A stretch of 64,000 nt of DNA from Sedimentisphaerales bacterium (GTDB taxonomy: Bacteria > Planctomycetota > Phycisphaerae > Sedimentisphaerales > SM23-30), in assembly GCA_963663965.2 (NCBI GenBank), contig CAXXFK010000028.1:448001-512000 (forward strand). Reading direction: 5' to 3'. A program made the position numbers and the translations under genes. Of the stretch, positions 33,713 through 44,425 are shown one piece after another. The notes under the pieces were generated by a model. That model did not search any database and was not told the DNA's origin. It saw only the letters and a list, made by a program, of their open reading frames with translations. Within the stretch, counting starts at the first letter, position 1; each line of letters begins with the position of its first letter.

Positions 33713-34729
33713 ATGAGAATTATTGCGTTTACCAACCAGAAAGGTGGCGTCGGCAAGACAACAACGACGGTTAACCTCGCCGGAATTTTGGCGAGTCGAG
33801 GGGAAAAAACTTTACTGATCGATCTGGATCCCCAGGCTCACCTGACTACTTTTATTGGAATTGATCCGCGTGAGGTTGAATTAACTGCTCATGATGTACT
33901 CACCCGCTCGGTAAATCTGGATCAGGCCCTGGTTGAAGTACGTGAGAATATCTCATTATTAAGTAGCGGATTGGATTTGGCGGCCAGCGAACAGGAATTG
34001 GTCTCAGTGGTGGGTCGCGAAACGATTTTACGCGATGCTCTCAGGGATTATCATCAACCCTGTGACTATGTGCTGATCGATTGCCCGCCTTCGTTGGGAT
34101 TACTGACCTTGAATGCCCTGGGGGCCGCTCGTGAACTGATTATCCCGTTACAACCCCATTTTTTGTCGTTACAGGGGCTCAGCCAGCTACTGGAGTCCAT
34201 TTTACTGGTTCATAAACGGATCAATCCAGAATTACTGGTGGCCGGCCTGGTTTTTTGTATGTTCGACTCCCGGTTATCGCTGACCAATGAAATTGTGGCT
34301 GATATTGAAACATTTTTCGACCATCAGCGCGAGCAGGACACCCCCTGGCGGAACGCCCGCATTTTCCAGACCCGTATTCGCCGCAATGTGAAATTGGCGG
34401 AATCCCCCAGTTATGGTCAGACGATCACGGAGTATGATCTCAGCAGCAATGGTGCGGCGGATTATATGGCGCTGGCGGATGAAATTCAGGCCATGAACGG
34501 CGAAATGATGCTTCCCTGGGATAATGATAAGGACACGAAAATAGTCCCTCAACAGGCGGTCAGTCAGCATGATGCTACTCCCCCTCCTGATGGCATAACC
34601 GGTCCGGAAAACACCCCTGCCAATGCGAATCCCCCGCAATCAGCCTCATTAACCCATGATGCAACTTCCCCAAACTCGTATCATCAATCGGTAAACGTTG
34701 AAGATAAATTACCAGATACGGCATGTTAA
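33713..34729 (+). CDS. ParA/Soj family ATPase with disordered C-terminal tail
   Basis: NQKGGVGKTTT deviant Walker A, IDLDPQA, LIDCPPSLGLLT.NAL, IRRNVKLAESPSYG. Confidence 0.9.
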   Translation: MRIIAFTNQKGGVGKTTTTVNLAGILASRGEKTLLIDLDPQAHLTTFIGIDPREVELTAHDVLTRSVNLDQALVEVRENISLLSSGLDLAASEQELVSVVGRETILRDALRDYHQPCDYVLIDCPPSLGLLTLNALGAARELIIPLQPHFLSLQGLSQLLESILLVHKRINPELLVAGLVFCMFDSRLSLTNEIVADIETFFDHQREQDTPWRNARIFQTRIRRNVKLAESPSYGQTITEYDLSSNGAADYMALADEIQAMNGEMMLPWDNDKDTKIVPQQAVSQHDATPPPDGITGPENTPANANPPQSASLTHDATSPNSYHQSVNVEDKLPDTAC

Positions 34730-34738
34730 TCGCACTGG

Positions 34739-35542
34739 ATGTGTAAGGTACTCAATATGGTCGGTAGAAAAAAAATTATAACGCGTTTTTTGCCCTGGCT
34801 GGTATTGGTATGTTATTGGGTTTTGCTGTTTATTTGTACTCATATCCCCCGGATTCCCAGTGGCATGACAATCCATGTCAGTGATAAATTTATTCATTTT
34901 ATGGCTTTTTTATGCCTGACTCTGCTGTTCTGGCTGGCCGAATACGGTTCACATCGGCCATCAATTCGCAGTCGCATGACCTGGTTAACAGTGATTATGC
35001 TGGCCGCTTATGGCGTGGTCGATGAACTGACGCAGCATTTTGTCCACCGAACGGTCAGTTTTGCCGACTGGTTAAGCGATCTCTCCGGTGTACTGGCCGC
35101 TTTGTTCATGTTATTTCTCATGCGACGCTGGTCTTACTGGCTGGCAGTCTATTGGTTGGGTCTGTTTATTATCACCCACTGGCCGCAACCGGAACCTTTA
35201 TTGAAATTGCCCGATTTCTTACAAAAATATCACTTGGTATATTATTTGGTTGGTTATACGGCTTTGACCATATTATGGTGGCGCAGTTGGTGCCGCCAGC
35301 CACGGTTCATGTTTTCCACAGGATTGATGTGGAGTACGACTCTGGTAGTGGGGGGGTATGCCCTGATTGATCAAGGATTAAAATATCGGATGCACCGTGG
35401 TTTTAATGAAAAGGAACTTGCCGTCGCGTTATTAGGACTCGCTTTAGGGATTGGATTTTCCGTTTTAATGGCTCGTCACCATGAAATTGGCCAGCCTGAT
35501 GAAATGTCTCAGAATCACAATCCTGAGGAAATATCGGATTGA
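34739..35542 (+). CDS. VanZ-like membrane protein (two VanZ-like halves)
   Basis: SDKFIHFMAF, YGVVDELTQHFV.RT.S..DWLSDL.G; a second degenerate repeat (YWLGLFIITHWP...YALID); start 34739 or 34757. Confidence 0.75.
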   Translation: MCKVLNMVGRKKIITRFLPWLVLVCYWVLLFICTHIPRIPSGMTIHVSDKFIHFMAFLCLTLLFWLAEYGSHRPSIRSRMTWLTVIMLAAYGVVDELTQHFVHRTVSFADWLSDLSGVLAALFMLFLMRRWSYWLAVYWLGLFIITHWPQPEPLLKLPDFLQKYHLVYYLVGYTALTILWWRSWCRQPRFMFSTGLMWSTTLVVGGYALIDQGLKYRMHRGFNEKELAVALLGLALGIGFSVLMARHHEIGQPDEMSQNHNPEEISD

Positions 35543-36075
35543 CTTGTAGTTTTTGCGGTTTGATCGATGGTATTATTTATAATTTGGTTGATTTCAAGCG
35601 GTTGTTGGATAGTGATCCAGTATAGTTCGATATTCCCGGTTCCGGCAGTAGCTATACCAATGGATCCAAGTCCTAAAATCCGTTCTGCCAGCGGAAAATA
35701 CAGTTGAGTGTGCTGAATACGGTTAAGGTCACATTGCAAAATATCAATGTTAAAGACTCCGCGAGTGCGAATAATTCGTCTTTCTGTCAGTACATAGCTC
35801 AAACCGGTCCACTGTAACACCGCTAATCCAAAACGAAATCCCGCCAATAGCCATATTCCAATAATGAAGATCTCAGATCGAATTTTTAGGTTGGGGCCCC
35901 ATACCGCCAGTATCAGTGAAGCGATGCCAACCCAGAAAAACCAGCGCCAGGTAAGAAAATATATCAGCCAGCCGGATGGTTTAAGGGATAAAATCACTTT
36001 TTCCCCATCATTCAGCAGGCCATCAGGTAATATTGATTTGCTCCGGTCGTTTTTATTCAGTATGGATTCTTCCAT
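35515..36075 (-). CDS. Membrane protein with bacterial PH (bPH_2) domain
   Basis: LL.DGEKVI, two TM segments, Y.LTERRII...G........L.RIQ.......ERILGLGSI.IATAG. Confidence 0.8.
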   Translation of the reverse strand: MEESILNKNDRSKSILPDGLLNDGEKVILSLKPSGWLIYFLTWRWFFWVGIASLILAVWGPNLKIRSEIFIIGIWLLAGFRFGLAVLQWTGLSYVLTERRIIRTRGVFNIDILQCDLNRIQHTQLYFPLAERILGLGSIGIATAGTGNIELYWITIQQPLEINQIINNTIDQTAKTTSQSDISSGL

Positions 36076-36114
36076 AGTTCTATTATAACAAATATTTCGT
36101 CAGGATTAAATAGC

Positions 36115-37668
36115 ATGATATCTAAAAGTATAATGGCAGTCGTATTATTAACCTGTACGCTATCTTCTTTTGGTACAACTTATTATGTCGATAGCACACG
36201 CGGCCATGATTCCAGTAACGGCTTAACTCCGGATACTGCCTGGAAAACTCTCGAAAAAGTCAATCAAACTTCCCTGTCGGGTGGGGATCAACTCCTTTTC
36301 GTAGCTGGCACCGTCTATTACGGCCAGTTATGCCCTCAGGGCGGCGGTTCATTACAGGACGATAACCCCTTATTAGCTCGGATTGGCGTCTATGGCGAGG
36401 GACCGCGTCCCCGCATTGACGCTCAGGGCCGTTTCAAGTCTGCATTATACCTTCATAACACGCAATATTGGTCCATTAGCGGTCTGGAACTGACTAATAC
36501 CGGTCCAGAACGCCAATCGGGGCGGTGTGGTGTTCATATCCATATCCGGGAGTATGGCACAGCCCGCTCTATTCATCTGAAGGACTTATACATTCATGAT
36601 GTCAACGGCAGTCTGGTCAAAAAAGACGGGGGCGGATTTGGCATTCTCTGGCAAAATGAAGGCCGCCGGATTCCCAGTCGGTTTGATGGCCTCACTATCG
36701 AAAAATGTCATCTGGTCCGTTGTGAGCGGGATGGAATCAAAGGCCGGGGCTATACCAACCGGGATGCCGGCTGGTTTCCCAGCTTGAATGTGATTATACG
36801 TGACAATCTGCTCGAAGAAATCCCCGGTGATGGCATTGTTCCGCTGGCCTGTGATGGCGCCCTGGTCGAATACAATCGCATGCGCAATTGCACCCGTTTA
36901 CTACCCCAGGGCGATGCCGCCGCCGGGATCTGGCCCTGGGCCTGCGATAACACCATCATCCAGTTTAACGAGGTCTCGGATCACAAGGCCCCCTGGGACG
37001 CGCAAGGCTTCGATTCTGACTGGAACTGCCGGGGTACCATCATCCAGTACAACTACAGCCACGATAACGAAGGCGGGTTCCTCCTGGTCTGCTGCAATGG
37101 CCAGGCTGCCCCCGCGACGCGGCTCTGTGCCGATACGATCGTACGTTATAATATCAGTGTCAATGACGGCCTGAGAACCACCGGCAAAAGCGCCGGTTTC
37201 TCGCCAACCTTCCATATCAGCGGCCCTGTAACCAATACCAAAATATACAATAATGTCATTTATGTCCCGACCAAACCCAAAGGTGCCGATCAGACATTAA
37301 TCAAAATGGACAACTGGGGCGGCCCCTGGCCGGTCGATACCTGGTTTGCCAATAATATTTTCTATGTTATCGGTGAAACCCGTTATGATTGGGGTAAAAG
37401 CATCAACCATCGCTTTGAAAACAACCTGTTTTACGGTACCCATAAAAACGAACCCCAAGACAAGACTCGATTAACCGCCGATCCCCAATTCGCCGGTCCA
37501 TTCGGATCGGATAACCTGCCCCAAACCATCAAAAGCCTGATACTCCGCCCCGATTCCCCCTGTATCGACGCAGGCAAAACCATCCCCAATAACGGAAAAC
37601 GTGACTATTGGGGCAATCCAGTCACAGGCCAGGTCGATATCGGCGCTTACGAAGCGCCCAATCCCTAG
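36115..37668 (+). CDS. Secreted right-handed parallel beta-helix protein (putative carbohydrate-active enzyme)
   Basis: Signal peptide; TYYVDS..G.D...G..P..AWKTL..VN; repeated IIQ.N / NN.. parallel beta-helix turns; C-terminal L.PDSPCIDAG...DYWGNP....DIGAYE. Confidence 0.8.
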   Translation: MISKSIMAVVLLTCTLSSFGTTYYVDSTRGHDSSNGLTPDTAWKTLEKVNQTSLSGGDQLLFVAGTVYYGQLCPQGGGSLQDDNPLLARIGVYGEGPRPRIDAQGRFKSALYLHNTQYWSISGLELTNTGPERQSGRCGVHIHIREYGTARSIHLKDLYIHDVNGSLVKKDGGGFGILWQNEGRRIPSRFDGLTIEKCHLVRCERDGIKGRGYTNRDAGWFPSLNVIIRDNLLEEIPGDGIVPLACDGALVEYNRMRNCTRLLPQGDAAAGIWPWACDNTIIQFNEVSDHKAPWDAQGFDSDWNCRGTIIQYNYSHDNEGGFLLVCCNGQAAPATRLCADTIVRYNISVNDGLRTTGKSAGFSPTFHISGPVTNTKIYNNVIYVPTKPKGADQTLIKMDNWGGPWPVDTWFANNIFYVIGETRYDWGKSINHRFENNLFYGTHKNEPQDKTRLTADPQFAGPFGSDNLPQTIKSLILRPDSPCIDAGKTIPNNGKRDYWGNPVTGQVDIGAYEAPNP

Positions 37669-38057
37669 TTTGATTTGGGCGTCAATTTGGCCGTATATTC
37701 CGTCGATTCATCGGCTTTCATGGCAATCGTGGCGCGATGCGGCTCATAGCCTTCCTTCTGGATCAGGATGACCAGATTATTCCCATGATTCATGAGTTCC
37801 TGTCCATCATGAAATGGCATGTTTTTCATGGTGATTGTGGTTAGCACCATCACAGGCCGGTTTTCCAGTGGTGTGACTCCCAGGTCCATGGAAGCCTGGT
37901 TCAACGGCCGTAACTGGATGACCTGGGCCCCTTCCGGCTCCGTATGAATCGTCACCAGGCGCTGAGACAGTTTAAAATTGCACCTTGGTTTGGAAGAACA
38001 GCCGTAAACCAGGGCCAGAACAACAAGAACAGATAATAACGTAGTAATTTTTCTCAT
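37665..38057 (-). CDS. Lipoprotein with PEGA-like domain
   Basis: Lipobox VYGC; TIHTEPEGAQV...LGVTPL...IQKEGYEP; start at ATG 38057 behind GAGGT. Confidence 0.65.
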   Translation of the reverse strand: MRKITTLLSVLVVLALVYGCSSKPRCNFKLSQRLVTIHTEPEGAQVIQLRPLNQASMDLGVTPLENRPVMVLTTITMKNMPFHDGQELMNHGNNLVILIQKEGYEPHRATIAMKADESTEYTAKLTPKSN

Positions 38058-38101
38058 AGATGTTACCTCATGAAGCATTGTATCGGCCCTTAACATTCAT
38101 T

Positions 38102-41100
38102 TCAATCGTTATTCCAGCCGTCGATCACTTCATAAACCTGACCACCCATATTTTGCAAGGCGTTCCCCAGTTGAGTGGCGCTTTTTTTGTCGCGCTTTTC
38201 AATGGCCGCTTGCCACAGATTGAACTGGTTGACCACCGCCTGCCATAACGGCGCCGCATCGGTCTTCTGGGCAATCGGATGGTTGGACTCAATCGTCGCC
38301 TGAACCTGCTGACACAGCGCGTCAGCCGTCTCCCATTGCTCAGCCTCCACGGCATGTTGTAAACTCTCACATAGCGCGCCACAGGCCATAAAGACATGAT
38401 AAAGCTGTGACTGGGCCTGTTTGGATATCGCGGATGAACCAGATGTTGGCCCGGGTGTTTTTTTCAGGCGATCGATATCCATGCCCAGTCGTGTGCCCAG
38501 TTCCATCATCATCTCGCCCATCTGAATGGCACGCGCTTTATTGCGGGTCTTGATAATATCCTGCCAGATATTAAATTGCTTTGCGGCCTCTGACCAGGTG
38601 GCTCCGAATTCGGTAGTCTTGATGCCAGGCAGAATTTTATCGATTTCCAGCTGAATTTCTTCACAAAGTTGATCGGCCCGTTCCCAGTCATCCGCTTTTA
38701 CCGCATTTAAGGCGCTTTCGCTCCGGGTGCCGCAGGCGATAAAAGCCGCAAATAGCTTCTGGTAAAGTTGCTGCGGATCCGGAATCTTGGAAGTGGATGT
38801 CGGTTCAGCGGTCTTGAAGTCAGTATAAGCCCTGAGACCGGCTTTATGTAACTCACTGGAGATGGCGTTGATCAATTTATAAGGTTCCGGCCCTTCACAG
38901 GTCAGCAAAATCGTGGTCGGCTGACCTGGAATATGGATAAATTCACATTGGTATAAATGCCCTTCTTTATCTTTGTTCTGGATATAGGACCGGCTGCTTT
39001 CAACCGTGCCTTCCTGATTCTTCCAGCTGCGCACCCCTTCCGACATATAGGGGTAAGAGGTTGTCCGCGGTTCTTTGGATTCACTGTAACCGATCGTCTG
39101 GATAACTTTGCGACAGGCATTGCTCACCTCCTTATCTAGTTTGGAATCGTAGAGGATTATTTCAGTCCCTTTCACAAGATAGCCGCCGCTCAGAGCATTG
39201 GTTGCGGATGAGGTGGCGTTGCCAGGCTGACTGGTTCCCGTTGAAGAGGGGCCATTCGAAAGTTCCTTGAGCCGGGCCTGAAATTGAGGGGCTATTTCCT
39301 CCACCAGATCAAATAAGGATTCACTGATCGTTAACGCTTTGGCCATATCTCGTTTCTCAATAACACCCAGCCAGAGCCGCAGTTGGGTAGCTAACGTGTC
39401 GAATAGCGGCATATAACGGCTGTTCTCTGCGAGCGGCTTGTTGTCTTCCAGCAGGGTGATGAGTTGTTGACAGAGTTCGCCCGCCAGTTCCATCTCTCCC
39501 GCTTCCAGCGCCGCATGAATCGTTTTGCCTTTGAGCCGGCCGGCCATGAAAAGTTCGCAGATCTGGCGCTCTCCGGCGATTTCCGAAGCGGTGATACCCG
39601 AAGAGGGGGGAACATTTTGATTGCCGGTACGCTGTTCGATTACCTGCCGCAATTGAGTGCCGGCACTCTGCATGGCTTTGATCAGGGCCAGGGCCTGTTC
39701 TTTTTTCCCGGCGTTGATCAGGCCTGACACATCATCCATTTGTTCGGCCAGATTTTGGGCCATAGTCTCGATCGGTGTGCCTTTCACGGCGGCCAGCGCG
39801 GCGGGTACCCGTTTCTGGATCTGGCCCACCAGCATTAGCGCCGTTTCCATATCGCCCCGCTCCAGCCATTCATAAGCAGCTTGCGACAGCTCACCCACGA
39901 TTTCAAGGATACCGACTAATTCCGCAACATTAGAATAAGTGCTGCCGGCCGGATTCTGTGGTTTGCTGGTCATAGGATCATAATAAAACTCCCTGTCGGG
40001 ATATTGGCTCATAAACGCGCTGATATATTTACCCTGGTTAGCTACGCTAAACATGCTGGTATTCTCGACCAGCCAGCGATCATTGCCGGGTTTTAATGTC
40101 CAGCACATCGCGAACGGACTCTCGGCGCCGGGCTCCGTTACCTCAAACGGTTTGGATAAGACAAACGCTGCTTCATCATTCCAGTAGAGCTTGTCAAATC
40201 CGGGTAAACCCGTTAAGACAAACAACTTGGCGGCCATGTTCATCTCTTTGATATTGCTTTCGATATCATCGTATCCCGGCACACACCAACGGGCCAATTC
40301 CTCGGTGTTCGACTGCATACAGTTGTGGTACCAGGCTTTGATCGTGTTTTTCAACGCCGCCAGCACAGCCTCTCGTTGCGGCAGTTGAACAGGTCCGGAT
40401 TCCATTGGCCGCGTAGCATCAGCCGCAGCAGCTTTTTTTGCCGCGTCCTTTATCATCATTTCGAAGCCCGGACCAGTTTGGTCGAACATTTTGATGATCC
40501 GATGGGCCTTGTCATAATCGCCCTGCTTGAGGGCGGTGTCCATTTGGCGCACCATGCCGATGGCCGCTTCGATGGGCTGTTCGATCAGCGAGCCTTTGAT
40601 CTTCTGTGATAACTGCTCGACCGTGGGCATAAACGACTGCATGGTCATCTTCGCCATCTCGTAATCTTTGGCTTCCATCTGTTCATAGACCGCGCCAAAC
40701 AGAACCTTGAGCGGCTCGATCAGGTCAGCGGCATTCTTCAAATCGGGGCGGGTAACACTGACCGGTATGGTGGGGGGCTCAGGATTATCCAGTTCATTGA
40801 TCCAGGTCAGGCCATTCGGTTGTTGCCGGTTAAAACGATGGATCTCATCCAGGATGCCCTGGGGAGTTTCCAGATCGATGTCAACAATTTTCCAGCCGTT
40901 CAGCCGTTTCTCCAGTGTCCATACCATCATAACCGGCCCACCGTCTTTGGGATCGCCTTTGGGTATTTCCACAGAGAATGCCTGGGCATGAGCAGGAGTA
41001 TGCAAAATAGTATGAATTCCAAATCCCCAGTGTTTATTTTCCGGTTGGCCGAATAATTTCCGGAAATCATTCAAATCTCTGGATACCTGTGAATAATCGT

Positions 41101-44100
41101 TCGGATAAAACGCATTCAACCCCGATTCCTCATTCTTCTGACAAAGATCATACCATTGTTTCAATAGACTGTTAATAGCCTCAATATCCTGATCATCTGC
41201 CTGATTCATGCCAACCGGATAGTTGCCGGGAATTTCCCCAACGAAAGGATGGTCCTTTTCGAAACGCTCTATCCAACTTTCAATTTTATCTGGTGGCAGC
41301 CAGTCAATATCCCGTAGCAGCCATTGCTGACCGTCATATCGAAAACTCAAGCCCAGTTGCCATTCCCGGCCATCCTTTTCACGCAAGCCTTGCGTGACCG
41401 TGATGGCATTCTCATCATCCGCAATGACTTTACCGAGGGTGATATTATCTACAAAAGCAACGTCAAAAAGCTTGCCTAACGACATATCTCCAATCTGGTC
41501 GGGCCTGATGTATTGGCTGATGGCATTCAGATCTTTGGACTTGATGGCGTCAATCAGTGCCTTGGCTGTTTTTTGGGCCGCAACCGCTTTCTCACTGACA
41601 CGCTGCCCGGCGGAAATTTCACCCCGCATGATCGACTCCACCGTGCGGTCCGAAAGCGGTACGCTTACCTGGCTTTGCAGACTGTCGGCAATACCTTGAG
41701 CTTCCGCCGCAGTAAAATTGCCGCTGATTGAGATCGCATCTTCGATCCGTGTCATAATCATCGGAGCCGTTACCACTTTGCCATCGATAACCGCCGCCAG
41801 ATTCCGCCGGATATGACCGGCTGTCAGTTCAGAAAAGAGTTGTTTGCCCACGGCATCCAGCCCGCATCGAATACAGGGCGGCTGGGTGCGGGCATCAACT
41901 CTGGCATAGGTCAGGTGCCAGCCCTGCTCTTTTCGCATAACACCTTTGCCCGAGGTAAATAGTAGCACATAACGTTTTTCCTCATTGTCGATGGTGACTG
42001 CCTCTGATCCAATGGTCACTTTATCAGACACTTCAAACCAGCCCATCGGCGGCTGATGGTAATCCCGGTAAGCATCAAAATCGGCTTTAAATCGTTCGAT
42101 GGCTTCGGATGCGATATGGTCTTTCGCCGGATCCACTACCAGCAAAAAGGCCAGGCCCGACAGATCGCCCGAGCGGGCGATATCTGGTTTTTCTTCAAAG
42201 ACCATTCCTTTGATCAGCGACAGGGCCATTTTCTCGATATCATCCCGTGAGAATCGGCCGGTGATCATCGCCCGCTGACCGATACGAGCCTGTACGATCG
42301 GGGTGGAAACCACTTTATCGTCAATGAGTATCGCCATGGCGCGCCCGATATTCGATCCGCTCAAATCCCCCAGCAATTGAGCGCCTTTTTCATTCATCTC
42401 GATCAGTATCGCCGGCATGCTGCGCTGATCCTGGGTAACATTCACATTTGTCAGCGACCAGCCTTGTTCAGGAATCATACTTTTATTGGGGGTCGCCCAG
42501 AGTAATGCGTAGAGTTTGCCGTTACTTTCATGGATAATGAGGTTGGGGGCATTGAGTGTTTTTTCCGCGACCTCAAACCAACCCATCCTGCCATCCCCTG
42601 AGTAGGGTTTAAACTGATCATTCAGATGATTGATTTCCTCATCTGTCAGTTCATTCGAGTGAACGGCCGCTCGAAAGGCCAGTTGACCTGTTTTGAGAGC
42701 TAATGCATTGTCATGTTCTGATGGTTTTAGTTGGGTAATTAATACCTGGGCCATCTCCGCTACCTGATCCAGTGAATCCACACGTTCCTGGCCGGCATTG
42801 AGCCACCGTCCGTCTATCATCTCCAGCCGGCGTACATCGATCGGCCGTTCAATCGGTTGAGAGGAATTCTCAGGTAGTAGTCGGGCGGCCACCAGCGCCT
42901 GATGACTATCGATAATATAGACTCGCAGGATGCGGGCGTTCTGCAGGGTTTGGGCCCAACTCGGATCGATGGTTTGGTCGATCTGGGGCATAGAATCGGC
43001 CAGTTTCGGGATGCTGACACGTTTTAGTGACTCAGCCTTACCCGATGCGCAGACGGCATTAATTACCGCGTAGGCAGCTTGGGGAGTTTTTAAGTTTTCC
43101 TGTTTAAATTGAGACACATTTCGATTGACGTCGTATATCGTCAATTGCTCGGTTTCCAGAATCACCTGTTTCTTTGCCTGCGCCATCGGCAGAACGCATG
43201 CGAACATCACCAGCGCCGCGATCAGGGCCGAAGCCACCTGTAAAGGACGCCATTTCCAGGTCTTCTTCTCCAGCCATTGCAAGCGTACCAGCAACCGGTT
43301 GGAATCTTCAAACAATCCCAGCAAGCCCATTCCCGGCTCCACTGGCTGGGCCAGCAGTCTTCGGGCCGTTTCCAGCAGGGTTTCGCGATATTGTGGGGTT
43401 TTATCCTTAAGGACCCGCGCTACCGTGGCGTCACAGCAGACTTCTCGCAGATGTTGCAGTTGACGGCCTACCATCCAAACCAGCGGATTAAACCAGTAAC
43501 ACAACTGCACCAGCATATAGCCGGCATGAATCAGCAAATCGCCCCGTTTGATATGGGCCAGCTCATGCAAAAGATGATGACGCAGATCGCTGTCGGACAG
43601 ATCCTTTAAACTGCTCGCCGGCATCACCAGCACCGGCCGGAAAATCCCGAATACTGCCGGACAGACCACACTATCCGACAAAATAATCTTAACCGGTCTC
43701 CGTAATCCCAGTTGGGCGGCACAGGCGGCCACTGTCTGCCGGAAATTGTCGGGTAACACATCCGGTTCCTGGCGGGCCATCCCTGTTTGTAAGCGATGAA
43801 CGCGTATCAATAACCAAAAACCCAATCCGATAATGCCGGCCAGCCAACCGGCCATTGTCCAGGATTGCCAGTTCAACTGGGTCGTAATAACTGGTTTTAC
43901 GGAATTAGTTTTAACTTGTGGTTGAATAGGTTCCTGAACAGGCCCGGAATTTATCGGGGCGGGCGCTGTTGCCGGAATAATCGGCTCATTAGAGGGAATG
44001 ACTGAGGTTGGCGATTCTGAAATGGATTGGGTATCTGGTTGGGATTCCGGCTGAATAAACTGCATGACCAGCGGTTCCAGCTTTGCTGTCATGCTGGTAT

Positions 44101-44305
44101 TCAATGAAAATGCCGGGGTTAAAACCAGTTTTAATAATATCGCCAGCCAGATGACGTATCGGATCTGGGGCCAGGCCCATTTACGTAGCAATGCGTCCAG
44201 CGCCGATACAATGATCACCAGTGCGATCAGTTGCCACAACATCGCCGTTTGCCAGATCCACCAGTTTTCCGCGATGTGATTGATACGATCTATTATATTT
44301 CCCAT
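38102..44305 (-). CDS. Giant BlaR1/MecR1-type M56 metallopeptidase sensor (~2067 aa) with multidomain extracytoplasmic region
   Basis: RY.IWL..LLKL, PAVFGIFRP.L..P, HELAHIKRGD, WFNPLVW, RE.CCD; lies downstream of a blaI-like gene; start at ATG 44305 with GGAG RBS. Confidence 0.9.
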   Translation of the reverse strand: MGNIIDRINHIAENWWIWQTAMLWQLIALVIIVSALDALLRKWAWPQIRYVIWLAILLKLVLTPAFSLNTSMTAKLEPLVMQFIQPESQPDTQSISESPTSVIPSNEPIIPATAPAPINSGPVQEPIQPQVKTNSVKPVITTQLNWQSWTMAGWLAGIIGLGFWLLIRVHRLQTGMARQEPDVLPDNFRQTVAACAAQLGLRRPVKIILSDSVVCPAVFGIFRPVLVMPASSLKDLSDSDLRHHLLHELAHIKRGDLLIHAGYMLVQLCYWFNPLVWMVGRQLQHLREVCCDATVARVLKDKTPQYRETLLETARRLLAQPVEPGMGLLGLFEDSNRLLVRLQWLEKKTWKWRPLQVASALIAALVMFACVLPMAQAKKQVILETEQLTIYDVNRNVSQFKQENLKTPQAAYAVINAVCASGKAESLKRVSIPKLADSMPQIDQTIDPSWAQTLQNARILRVYIIDSHQALVAARLLPENSSQPIERPIDVRRLEMIDGRWLNAGQERVDSLDQVAEMAQVLITQLKPSEHDNALALKTGQLAFRAAVHSNELTDEEINHLNDQFKPYSGDGRMGWFEVAEKTLNAPNLIIHESNGKLYALLWATPNKSMIPEQGWSLTNVNVTQDQRSMPAILIEMNEKGAQLLGDLSGSNIGRAMAILIDDKVVSTPIVQARIGQRAMITGRFSRDDIEKMALSLIKGMVFEEKPDIARSGDLSGLAFLLVVDPAKDHIASEAIERFKADFDAYRDYHQPPMGWFEVSDKVTIGSEAVTIDNEEKRYVLLFTSGKGVMRKEQGWHLTYARVDARTQPPCIRCGLDAVGKQLFSELTAGHIRRNLAAVIDGKVVTAPMIMTRIEDAISISGNFTAAEAQGIADSLQSQVSVPLSDRTVESIMRGEISAGQRVSEKAVAAQKTAKALIDAIKSKDLNAISQYIRPDQIGDMSLGKLFDVAFVDNITLGKVIADDENAITVTQGLREKDGREWQLGLSFRYDGQQWLLRDIDWLPPDKIESWIERFEKDHPFVGEIPGNYPVGMNQADDQDIEAINSLLKQWYDLCQKNEESGLNAFYPNDYSQVSRDLNDFRKLFGQPENKHWGFGIHTILHTPAHAQAFSVEIPKGDPKDGGPVMMVWTLEKRLNGWKIVDIDLETPQGILDEIHRFNRQQPNGLTWINELDNPEPPTIPVSVTRPDLKNAADLIEPLKVLFGAVYEQMEAKDYEMAKMTMQSFMPTVEQLSQKIKGSLIEQPIEAAIGMVRQMDTALKQGDYDKAHRIIKMFDQTGPGFEMMIKDAAKKAAAADATRPMESGPVQLPQREAVLAALKNTIKAWYHNCMQSNTEELARWCVPGYDDIESNIKEMNMAAKLFVLTGLPGFDKLYWNDEAAFVLSKPFEVTEPGAESPFAMCWTLKPGNDRWLVENTSMFSVANQGKYISAFMSQYPDREFYYDPMTSKPQNPAGSTYSNVAELVGILEIVGELSQAAYEWLERGDMETALMLVGQIQKRVPAALAAVKGTPIETMAQNLAEQMDDVSGLINAGKKEQALALIKAMQSAGTQLRQVIEQRTGNQNVPPSSGITASEIAGERQICELFMAGRLKGKTIHAALEAGEMELAGELCQQLITLLEDNKPLAENSRYMPLFDTLATQLRLWLGVIEKRDMAKALTISESLFDLVEEIAPQFQARLKELSNGPSSTGTSQPGNATSSATNALSGGYLVKGTEIILYDSKLDKEVSNACRKVIQTIGYSESKEPRTTSYPYMSEGVRSWKNQEGTVESSRSYIQNKDKEGHLYQCEFIHIPGQPTTILLTCEGPEPYKLINAISSELHKAGLRAYTDFKTAEPTSTSKIPDPQQLYQKLFAAFIACGTRSESALNAVKADDWERADQLCEEIQLEIDKILPGIKTTEFGATWSEAAKQFNIWQDIIKTRNKARAIQMGEMMMELGTRLGMDIDRLKKTPGPTSGSSAISKQAQSQLYHVFMACGALCESLQHAVEAEQWETADALCQQVQATIESNHPIAQKTDAAPLWQAVVNQFNLWQAAIEKRDKKSATQLGNALQNMGGQVYEVIDGWNND

Positions 44306-44425
44306 GATGAGCTCCAATTTTTATTAAGTTGTTATTTTCCTGTTTTATTATTGCTTGATAATATCTTGTTTATTATTAGCGTTTATTCGTCCCGATCAAT
44401 CGGGAGTCGTGGTTCGCTTCCGTGC

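Noticed and set aside
34739..35542. Glycopeptide resistance gene
   Set aside because: VanZ-like domains are widespread and no van cluster genes are present
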